A stretch of DNA of 64,000 bases from Lepidodermella squamata (taxonomy: Eukaryota; Animalia; Gastrotricha), in assembly GCA_047495785.1 (NCBI GenBank), contig JBLDXI010000054.1, positions 2,666,001 through 2,730,000 of the forward strand. Direction: 5' to 3'. Made by a program: the position numbers and the translations under genes. The notes below the pieces were generated by a model. The model made no database searches. It was not told where the DNA came from and saw only the letters and a program-made list of their open reading frames with translations. Each line of letters opens with the position of its first letter. The first letter of the stretch is position 1. Below, piece after piece: positions 1 to 10,776 of the stretch.

Positions 1-362
1 AACTTTTTGAGCCGCACACTGCACATAATAATTTTGAAAAATCCAGCTTAATATCGAGAGGAACAGGTTTTTCTAAATCCGGCCCAAAAACGGCCTCTTC
101 GCAATATTTCAGCCGATGAAATCGACATTTCGACCCGTCTTCTGTGCCACAGGTACAGGGTAGCTGCTTGCCGCGATTTCTCGATAAAAATTTCTGAAAA
201 GCAACAACAAATTAGGAATTAGATTAACATAAAAACGGTAATTCGTACCCGACACGCTTCACAGATTACATTATTGGACGGAGATGAATCATCTGCCGAT
301 TTATTGTCGTTACTCGCCAATAATGAGCACGCATAACAGTTTTGGCCCAAATGAGACATCAT
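1..362 (-). CDS. Two-DBD nuclear receptor, copy A (5' part; continues beyond the window start)
   Basis: Exon 1 MSHLGQNCYAC...VICEACR, then a GT-AG intron. Exon 2 KFLSRNRGKQLPCTCGTEDGSKCRFHRLKYC...IMCSVCGSK. Exon structure matches copies B-D. Confidence 0.85.
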
Positions 363-457
363 TAAAAATTCTATAACAAAATTAATTAATTAATTAAAAA
401 ACTATTTTATGCCATTTTACAAAATTTTAGAACCGTGAGCATTAAATTAATCTCAGA

Positions 458-2623
458 TCATGTTGAGATATTAAGCAGCTTTTGAGTGAATTCGGTTACC
501 AGTTGCGTATACAAAGGTCTCAATTCTGGAAATCGCGTCATTATCAAATTGAAAAAATCTTGAAATATCGTCGTTGCCCGCCGAAGTACAGGTAATAATT
601 GGTACAGCGAGGCTATTTTCGACTCGGCATCAGCCCCGTAATTTTTCAAAAAATCGTCAAAAATTGCATTTTCGTAACGGCGGCGCCATTTAGTAACAAC
701 ATCAACGCTTTGTAAATTTGGCAAACCTAAAACGAAAAAAAATCATAATTTTCCGAGAAATTTAATTATAGACAAATTACCGTTGTTAAATAGCAGTAAG
801 GCACATAGAATTGCGAATTCTCGTAAGTTGGTTATTACAGGCGACTGAGCGTTGCCGGCTTCGATCATGAAAGAGCGAAGTTGAGCTGCAAATTGCGGTA
901 GCTCGCTTTCACTGACCTCCCACGCCTCGCCCTCTAGAGAGAAGACGTTCGCTTTTTGATTCACAACATCAAACTGCAGCGACAGCTGAGCCACTATGAC
1001 CGGGAAAAGGCCTTGAGTGAATAACACAACACGGTCGGGAAATGAAATTTCTTGAAAGCCTGTTATAATAAAATACGATTAGTCGCTAATAGAAAAACAG
1101 AGAAAATATTTAAATAACCTGGTAGATATTGGAAAAAACCAGCTACGCATCTCACATACGTATCTGTGGCCCGAATTCTTATAGCTGTTGCTTCAGCTTT
1201 ACTCATATTAAAGCGAACCGGTTGCTCAACCTAAAAAATTCAAAAATGTAAGAATGCATAAATTAATAAAAGGGGTAAAAATTTGCGCCACTATAATTTG
1301 GTTCCAGCTCACTAAATTTATCGGTTTTTTTGCGATTTCCGAATATTTCCTTTCCTGTCCCTATTAGCACATCCAGGAAAATAATTTTAGGAAATTTGGC
1401 CATCGAATGGGGCTCACTTCGCCGGGTCCACCTGTTATATTTCATAATATTTTTGTATAATTTTGAAATTCCTTATAGCGATTTTCATAACTAAACGCAA
1501 ATAGCAATTTTTGCATGCATATAGTTGACCCTATAAAAAATCGATACCGGAAATCGATATCAGCACAGCGGACTGAAATCCAACGTTTAATTAGACCACT
1601 CTTCGTGCGAAGAGTGAGATCTATTGCCTTATAGGCTGGATAATAAAAATAATTGGGACGTGAAACTCGAAAAACTGCAATTTAGCGATGGAACCCTATA
1701 TTTAACGTGGGCCCTCAATAAAAAATTACCAGAGCTATTTCCGACAATTTTACAGCCGACTTGACTGCCTCGGCTACAACGTCTAGCTCGATAATAATTT
1801 CTGGGACGTTATAAATGACGCTTTCATTGCTAGCCGATACAATAACACCGCTGTCGACTGATGAGTTTTCAACTCGTTGATTTTCGATCGACGACGAGAT
1901 GGATTCATTTTCCAGCGAAGCCGCTGCTGCTTTTCTAACGATATCCGATCGCCGTTGCATGGAATGCCGGCCAACTGTGGCCTTATCGAAAGACATGCCA
2001 AGGGCGAGACATTTCGCAAATCGGCAGTTGCGGCATTTAAAGGCGCGCAATTATTGGTATTCGATTCGCATTCGTATTGATTTAAATAATCAGCGTTCGC
2101 CATCGAACGGCGGAAGAAGCTTTTACAAGCTTGGCAAGAGATCACGCCAAAGTGATACCCACTACCTAAAATTAAATAAATTCAATGAAAAGTTGAAAAA
2201 TGGTTAAATTATTTGTGGATCAGAAAATTCCACCTTAAAATTACTTTTTTGGCCGCAAATTTCACACGGCATTTCCGAAAAGTTGAGCCTGATATTTCTC
2301 GGGCGCATTCCACCGGCCGTATTGTCGCCGCCGATAGTGATCTCCTCACATTTTTGAAGCCGATGGAACCGGCATTTGAATTTGCGCTCATCATCGCCAC
2401 AACTGCATGGTAGCGTTTTACCTCGATTTCGCGCTAGAAATTTCTAAAAAGAAATTAAAAACATTTAATTAAATTTATTTAGCAAATGTTTTACCCGACA
2501 AGCTTCGCATAGACCTGGCGAAGGGTTGCTGCGGTTGACGAATTTTCCGGTTTCATTTTCGAATCCTGCGGCCGTGAAAAATTCGTTGCAGGCGTCGCAA
2601 CGAAACCGCGTGGATTTACTCAT
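458..2623 (-). CDS. Two-DBD nuclear receptor, copy B, with a 1-nt frameshift in DBD2 (pseudogene or homopolymer error)
   Basis: DBD1 CDAC...GLCEACR|KFLARNRGKTLPCSC...CRFHRLQKC. DBD2 CEICGQK|SSGYHFGVISCQACKSFFRR...CAPL/KCRNCRFAKC, with the frame change at ~2036-2041. LBD exons contain FFQYLP|GFQEISFPDRVVLF and a C-terminal helix LVTEFTQKLL. Confidence 0.85.
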
Positions 2624-2868
2624 CAATTTTCCATAAAATCTAAAACAAAAAAATTTAAATTGTTTAAACAAATAATTTAATCTCAAAAACGTTTAAACAG
2701 CACTTACACCGGTATAAAAAATCACTATAATAATACTGGTAAAGATTCAGTCAACAAGATTTTAAAAGTCGTGGTCAGAGTTACAAGAAAGCTCCATATA
2801 AAATTGCATTTTCAACAGCCAAGAAGATAAAAAATACGGAAATTCCGAGTTCACGATATTGCATCTTG

Positions 2869-4697
2869 TCAATTGATAGACGGATTTTTCATAAGTTGCT
2901 CAGTAAATTCAGTTGCTAATTTCGACCAAAACAGCTTACTCTCCGGCGATCGGGCCGAAATCGCGGCAAAAAGTGCCTGGAAAATTGTCGTAGCACGGCG
3001 TAAAATCGGCAACAAGCGATAAAAAGCTGCAATTTTCGTCTCCAATTTATGACCGTAATTTCTAGCAAAGTCTTCAAAAAGCGCATTTTCATATCGGCGT
3101 CGAATTTTATAAACAATTTCAGGATATTGAAGATTCGGAGTATCTAGATTAAAAAAATTAAATTGCTGCAATAAAAATAGATTTTTTCTCTCACTATTGT
3201 TGAATAGCAAAATTGCGCATAAAACTGAGAATTCGGCGAAACTCGCAATAGATTGAAATTGCGTATTTCCAACTTCGATCATGTAATCTCGAAGTTTGAC
3301 GGCGAATTCCGGCATTTGTTGGGCACCCATTTGAAAGGTTGTTTCATCCATTGCAAACATTTTCGGCCGCTGATTTTCAACGTCAAACTGAAGCGACATT
3401 TGAGCGGCCATTATCGGGTGAAAACCCTGCGTGAATAACAAAACTCTATCCGGCATAGCCAGTTCTTTAATACCTAGGATAAAAACATGTGAAAATTCGT
3501 AGAAAAAATGTAACTTGAGTAAATTTAAACAAATTTACCAGGTAGGTCATGGAAAAAGGCCGCGACGCTTCTCACAAAAATTTCCAAGGACTGAACTCGT
3601 AGAGCAGTAGATTCAGCCTTAGACATACCAGGTCGAATTTGCGTTTGGACCTGAAAAAAAGTTCATTTAAATTTTTCAGTGGAAATTTAAAAATTCAAAA
3701 TTTTACCAAATTATCTTGTTTACGAAAAAATTAACCTAGAATTTTATGGAAATTTATTCACATTTTTTCTAAAATTAAAAATGTCTAGAATTTTCGGGAA
3801 TATTTAGGAGAATTAATTTTTTTGGTGCTGGAATTATAAAAATACTTACCGAAGCTATATCAGCTAATTTCGCAGCCGCATGAGTAGCTGCCGATATCAA
3901 GTCGATTTCAACTGTAATTTCCGAATAACTACTTTCAGGGCCGTTTGAATGAACATTGCCCACACCAGAATCAGTTTCACTAGCATTTCGGCTCGAATCT
4001 TCATCCAACTGATAACTCGTCTCTTCATTCTCCGAATCATCTAAACCGCGATGTTGCGATTTGTTGATGATCGCAATTTTTCGCTGGGAATTATGCCGGC
4101 CGACAGTTGCTTTACTCAGCGACATGCCAGCACGGAGGCATTTCGCAAATCGGCACTGGCGGCATCGCAAATTCGCGCATTTCGCCGCATTCGATTTGCA
4201 CTTGTATTTCGTCCAAAAATCATCCAACATCGACCGGCGGAAAAAACTTTTACAACCCTGACACGAAATAGCGCCGAAATGATATCCGTTACCTAATATT
4301 AAAATTTTAATAAAAAATCATAAAAAAAAGATAAAATTACTTTCAAGACCGCAAATTTCGCACTGCATGAGTGAAAAATCCAGCTTAATTTCTTGAGGTT
4401 TCGGAGCTAACGGATCTTCACGCATTTCCTCGCAGTATTTCAGACGATGAAAACGGCATTTAGCCTTCTGATCGATATCGCAAGTGCAGGGTAAATCTTT
4501 TCCGCGATTTCGTGATAAAAATTTCTAAAAATAACTCGTTATAAAAATTCCACCTTAAAATTAATAAAATGTACCCGGCACGCTTCGCATAATCCGGCAG
4601 CGGAAACTAAGCCACTTGATTCGATGGGTGAGCTGCCATTTAATTTGCTGCAAACTCGACATTGATAGGCAGCATTTGATAAATTATCCGACGACAT
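2869..4697 (-). CDS. Two-DBD nuclear receptor, copy C
   Basis: DBD1 CRVC...GLCEACR|KFLSRNRGKDLPCTC...CRFHRLKYC. DBD2 CEICGLE|SNGYHFGAISCQGCKSFFRR...CRQCRFAKC. LBD signature FFHDLP|GIKELAMPDRVLLF. Confidence 0.9.
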
Positions 4698-4740
4698 AAT
4701 AAAAAAATCTACAAATAAAAAATTAAATTTAAATTTAAAA

Positions 4741-6379
4741 TCACGAAGCTTTGAGTAGCTCTTGCATGAAATCAAACGTCAATTTCGAAGTAATATCTCT
4801 AAATTCAGGATAAATCATTTTGATAGTAGCAAACAATTCTTGAAAAAAATTTGTTGCACGGCGTAATATTGGCAAGAGTTGATAGAAAGCTGCAGTTTTG
4901 ACCTCGGCCTCAATGCCGTGGTGCAATAAAAAATCATCACATATTGCTTGTTCGTAGCGACGACGAATTTTGAGCACAACATCAGCATTCTCAAGCCCAG
5001 GCGTGCCTGTTAAAAATGAGTCAGAACACAATTTAAATTAAAATTCATCGTCATCTCACAACTGTTGAAGAGCAACAAGACGCATAACACAGCGAACTCT
5101 CGAATGCTGCTAATAGCTTGGCATTGCGCGTTGCCGGTTTCGATCATATAAGACATGAGTTTTGAAGTCAATTGCGGCAGTTCGTCAACGCTGACTCGCC
5201 AAGCTTCGTCGTCCATCGAAAAGAGATTCGGTCGTTGATTAACCACATCGAAATGAAGTGATAATTGGGCTGCGATCACCGGGTAACAGCCTTGGGTAAA
5301 TAATGCAATTCTATCCTTCATGGTAATTTCCTTCACCCCTACAATAAATCGGTAGAAATTCCTAAAGAATTAAAAAAAATCGAATTCAAAATACCAGGTA
5401 GATCTTGAAAAAATGAAGCGACACATTGAAGATAAACTGATGTTGCCTCGTCGCGAATAGCTGCCGCTTCAGGAATAGTCATATGCGACCGCACAGATAC
5501 TTGAACCTATAATTAAAAAATTAAATTAATCTTGGATTTAAAAAAAATGATTACCGATGAAATGCCAGCTAATTTTGTTGCTGCAATGGCAGCGGCTTGA
5601 ATAATGTCATGATTGTTCACCGTCGAAAATTCGCTGAATTTTGGCTGAAAACTGCTCGAGTTCGAGGAGCCAAGTTCGCTTGGCGCTGATTCAACCGGTT
5701 TTTCAATAGCCTTTTTGACAATTTTGGCTCTTAGCTCCATATTATGCCGACCAACAGCGGCCTTGTCGGCGGACATACCAACTTGAAGGCATTTATTATA
5801 ACGGCATTTCCGGCATTTTAAAACTGAGCAATCGCTTGATTGATTGCATGCGTATTGCTTCCAAAATTCCTTCGCGATAGATCGACGAAAAAAACTTTTA
5901 CAGCCTTGGCATGCGATTGCACCGAAATGGTAACCATTGCCTATTTTTACAGCGTTAAAAACAAGGTCAAACCAAGGCGATGAAAAAAACAGACTTTTTC
6001 CACCACAGACTTCACATGACATCATGGAAAAATTCAGCTTCAAATTGCGAGGCCTGGTTTTTCCCGGATTTTCCCTGCTCAGATTTAAGGTAGATTCGCG
6101 GCATTTTAGCAGGCGGTGATAACGGCACTGAAGTTTTCGTTTGCTGCCGCAGCTGCATGTAAAATCTCTATCGCGATTTCTCGAATAAAATTTCTAGGCG
6201 ATAAAAAAAACCATTTAACCTAGAAAAATAGAAAAAATTGGAAAAATCACCCTGCAAGCCTCGCATAGACCAGGCGATGAGCTGACCAGAAATTTGCCAG
6301 GAATTTCTGACTTATTATCAGTTTTAAATAATTCGTTGCAAGCCTCGCAACATTTTGACCCGTCGGAAGACGAGGTCAT
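4741..6379 (-). CDS. Two-DBD nuclear receptor, copy D
   Basis: DBD1 CEAC...GLCEACR|KFYSRNRDRDFTCSC...CRYHRLLKC. DBD2 CEVCGGK|SNGYHFGAIACQGCKSFFRR...CRKCRYNKC. LBD FFQDLP|GVKEITMKDRIALF, with an AF-2-like end FDFMQELL. Confidence 0.9.
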
Positions 6380-7891
6380 TCTATAAAAAATTTAAATTTA
6401 AATAAATAGGACAGACCTAAAAAGAGCTGAAAAATAATCGGAAATTTAGATGATTTTCCGAAAATAGTACCGGCAGGGTAAAATGACAATTTTAACGATG
6501 AAGTTTTGTAGAAACTTGAAAGATATTTACCGCATATTCTGGTGAATATGTACCTTTGCATCGATGGCATATAAAATACTAGCGTTAAATAGAAAGCATC
6601 GAGCTTACACTGCGTAGAATATCGCATATAGTATAGTGAAGCCACGGTAGTGTTATTTATTGTAAAACGCGCTCTCGTATAAGCCCAGTACTACGGCTAG
6701 TACTGCCAAGTAATAGCAGAGCATTGGCAATAGTCCCTGAAAACAAGGCCACAATGCCGTAGAAGACATAAATTCATTCATCATCAGAGTATTGCGCGTA
6801 CTGAAAAGCCAGTTCAAGACTTGGGCGGAAAAACACAATTTACCACGATTTCTTCAATGACTTTTTTCGGTAATTATCTTCGATTCGGAAATGGGTTAAT
6901 TGCAGTAGGCACCCCTTTTTATTTGACAACCGCCGCCGTGCTGCATAGCACTGCATTACTAATAATAACGCAAGTGCCGCACGCAGATATGTAATAAAGA
7001 GAAATAACGCAGGCCCTATAATAATGACACGCTAGTAAAATTTTGTCGACATTGAGGAGCAAGGCTAAATTTTGATGTTAATTAGAATTAAAACCTCTCA
7101 CAGTCATGTACTGCGCTTTCAAAGCAAACGAGACTTCACGGTTCATCGGCGTGGTTGAAGAGATGATCATCATTAATGGCTTGCGACACTTTGTGCTAAT
7201 CAACACACCTCGTATAACGGCTAGCTTGATACAGTTATCTCAAAGCCGAATGAATAACTGGCTCGAAATCGTCTGGCTGAGATGCTTAAAAGCGGCAATT
7301 TTTTATTGAAAAATTGAAAAAATTAAATTGCCAAGATATGATGGCAAGGCATCGATATAATTTTTGTTATACAAAAATCCACCTTAATAATATTATTGTT
7401 TTGAAACGCACAAGGTCAATATAATTGTGAATTGCTTCTATCTTTTTTTCGAGTTCAGCAATCGTGTGCCGCTTGGTTTTAGTGGACGTGTGCGCAAGGA
7501 ATCGCGCGTCTTTTGTATTATTTTATTAGCTTCAATGAAACGAGAACAAATTAGTAGATTTGCAAAAAACCTCGGAGGCAAAATCACTGTGAGCGTAAAT
7601 AGGAAATTCAATTTTTTGCATCATCCTATCTGCGCTATATTCAGCGTAGCCCATCCCGATCGATTTATTTTTTATTTCAGCGATAAAAAATGGCTTTTCC
7701 AGTGGCTTTTCTCGGAAAAAAGGCGTGGTAAGAGATATTAAAATGGGCGGAAAACAGAGGAAGAGATATCTCATGGGAATGTTATCTGGGGCGAGAAGAG
7801 TTGTGCGGTATCTCAACCGCCCTTTGGAACTTCACTTACCACTTACCATGGTAGCTCTCTAGAAAATACTTAATAAAACCAACACTGATAA

Positions 7892-10432
7892 ATGGAGGAG
7901 ACACATGAAATTTCGGTAATTTCACGCTTAAAAAATCATGTATTTCAATCATAAATTTTATTTAAGGTGGATGAATTTGACTCGAACGCGAGTTTGTTGA
8001 GTGCTGCAGCTAGCGGAGATGTCGATGAGCTGAGGCAATTATTAATAGACGGCGCTGACCCGAATTCAGCTGATGAGCAGGGTGTCACAGCGTTGATGGT
8101 CTGCGCCAAAGAGGGACATGTCGAAGCGTTTCAACTGCTGCTTGAAAATGGCGCCGATGTAGCGGCGGAAGATGAGGACAAATGGACGGCGCTGATCTAC
8201 GCGGCGTACAACGGCGAACTGGCCTGCCTTGATCTAGCCATCCAAAACGGAGCTAATGTTAACGCTGTTGATGCTAAGGGCAAGTTGGCGCTGATGTCGG
8301 CGGTTCAAAACGAAACTTCGGCATGTGCTGCTAGAATCTTGGAACATTGCGACCAATGTTTGACGGCGAAAGATAATGACGGATGGACAGCTTTGTTCTA
8401 CGCGGCGATGGCTGGTTCTGTGCAAAACATCGATTTCCTAGTGGCTAATAGCCAAGATCCTAATGCTAAGGATAACAATGGCCAAAGCCCGCTGATGATC
8501 GCAGCACATGAGGGTCATGTCGAGGCGACTCTTTCATTGATCAAAAACGGCTCAGACCTTAATTTAACCGACTCTTTGGGGCAAACAGCTTTATTCTATG
8601 CAGTCACGGCTGGCAAGACTGAAGCCGCGGAAGTTCTGCTACAGAAAGGGATCAATTTAGAGGTTGTCGCAAATGACGGGAAAACTGCGTTGCTATGGGC
8701 TGTTCAGAACAATCACCTTGAAACGCTTGAGGTCCTGCTGAGCCATGGGGCAAGTATCCATGTTGCTGATAATGAAGGCTGGAATGCATTGCTTTACGCA
8801 GTTGGTTGTGGGCATTCGGCTATTGTCGATCGTTTATTGAAAGTTGAAGGTGTCCAACTTGATTCGGTAACTTCGGAAGGCGAAAGTGCTGTTACTATCG
8901 CAGTTTTGAACAAGCATTCCGAAATATTACGACAATTACTAGAACACGGGGCTGATCTTGAAATAGCAGACGAAAATGGCTTTACCCCGGTTTTCCATGC
9001 AGTAGCTAATAGCGATGAAGAAATGGTGCGAAATTTGCTAGAAAAGGGGGAAAACATTAACGCGAAATGCAACAATGGTCGAATTCCATTGATGTACGCC
9101 CTAGAAAACAGAAGCACGATGATTGATACCCTGTTAGACTACGGGAGCGATGTTAACACGACTGATTCAGAGGGCTTTACAGCTCTTCATTACGCTGTCC
9201 TTCATGGGAATGACGAGGTTATTAGAATTGTTCTGGAAAGCCAAGAAGACGCTTCAACAGAAGTTCTAATGAATTCAATTTCATCAGCCTTCCAGTTGAA
9301 AAGAGAAGATATAATTGAGAAGCTGGTGGCAAGTTTAGACGTGCATGCAAGGTTAGACTCTAAGAACGGAGCGACCCCTTTAATCTTCGCTGCTGCATCC
9401 GGTGATCTCGAAACAGTGGATCTATTGCTGAAAAACGGGGCTGACATACATGCGAAAGACCACGCAGGATTGACTGCGTTGATTAGGGCTGTTTTGAATG
9501 AGCACCTTGATGTTTCCATATATCTGCTCCATTCTGGCGCTGGCGTTGACGACGCTATGCCTGACGGGAAAACTCCGGTATTCATTGCATCAGATCTCGG
9601 TAACCTGGCGATGGTCGAACTTATGATTAAACATGGTGCCCAAGTAAACATAGCCCTGAATGGAAAGGGGGAGACGCCGTTGATAACCGCTGCATACCAT
9701 GGCTTTATCGACATCATGAAATTACTCTTGGCATCTGGAGCTGATCTTCAGCGAAGAGTTAATGGTTGGCAGGTGGTTCATTTCGCAGCATTCTCAGGTC
9801 AGTTGGAAGTTTTGCGGTATCTCCTTCAAATTCAACCGAATTTCCGCGAGGCTGTTGATTTGAATGACAATACAGCAGTGATGATCAGCGTATTTCGGGG
9901 CCACGTCGATTGCGTGAAACTTCTTTGCGATTTGGGGGCTAGCCTTGAGTGGCGCAACAAAGACGGTGCGACCTGCCTGATCCTAGCTATCAAATCTGGC
10001 AAGGTCGAAATGGTTAAACTTCTACTGGACCGTGGTGTTAGTATGACTGGAGATGCAATACACCACGCTGCATTTGTTGGCTCACCCCAAATTATCAGTT
10101 TCTTATTGCTGAACTGCGCATTTGTTAACACGAAGAACGTTGATGGAATGACTCCTCTCATGATCGCTTGCATGCAGGGCCACTCTGAAACAGCTCAACT
10201 TCTGATCGAGAACGGGGCTGATAAGTATGAGAAGAATAATAATGGGTTATCTGCTATTCAATTGGCGGCTTCCCGCGGCCACACAGAGACGGTTCGAACT
10301 CTGGTTGAGTGTGGCACGATTCGAGGGATGAAACGGGCGAAGAAATACGCTAAACAGAACGGTTACATTGAAACTGTGGAACTAATCAAGAAAAATAAGA
10401 AAACTTGTTTTACAGCTTGCAATATTTCATAG
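7892..10432 (+). CDS. Ankyrin-repeat protein (over 20 repeats) with a C-terminal polybasic region and CaaX motif
   Basis: Short exon 1 (MEETHEIS, 7892-7915), intron 7916-7966, then a long ORF of GxTALxxA/GxTPLxxA repeats ending KKNKKTCFTACNIS*. Confidence 0.93.
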
Positions 10433-10776
10433 TTGGGCGAGAGAGGCTTTCAAAGTATTATAGGAGTGACATCGTTTGCTAAACTAGGCATGATTCATTA
10501 TTAAAATATTCTAAATTCTATAAACTTCGAGGCATGTATTCCATGTATATTTTTCATTTTCCAACGTCTGTGCCAAGTCTTCTATGGAAATTCCTCTTAG
10601 GACGTATTTATTGTCAATCTAATGTTCGCTCACTACTTGAGTAGGCGAACTTGAGGTACTTCCGATGTTAACTGTCGTAGCTGCTATCAGAGATCACGTT
10701 CAATCCTACAGAGCACGAATAATTGTTCCATTGAAAGCATTGCAGGCGTGTCAGAGAACTCATCTATTTTGAATCA

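Noticed and set aside
4697-4745. Cis-splicing of receptor D into receptor C to give a polyprotein
   Set aside because: The only nearby donor (tc|gtga) gives a ~36-nt intron and an out-of-frame junction.
6400-7850. Coding-like fragments with stops on the minus strand (similar stretches at ~25520-25970 and ~47600-48300)
   Set aside because: May be decayed genes, but no family can be recognised without a translated search.
8234-10173. Long antisense ORFs over the ankyrin, GPCR, mucin and Piccolo-like genes
   Set aside because: Shadow ORFs expected from codon bias and low complexity.
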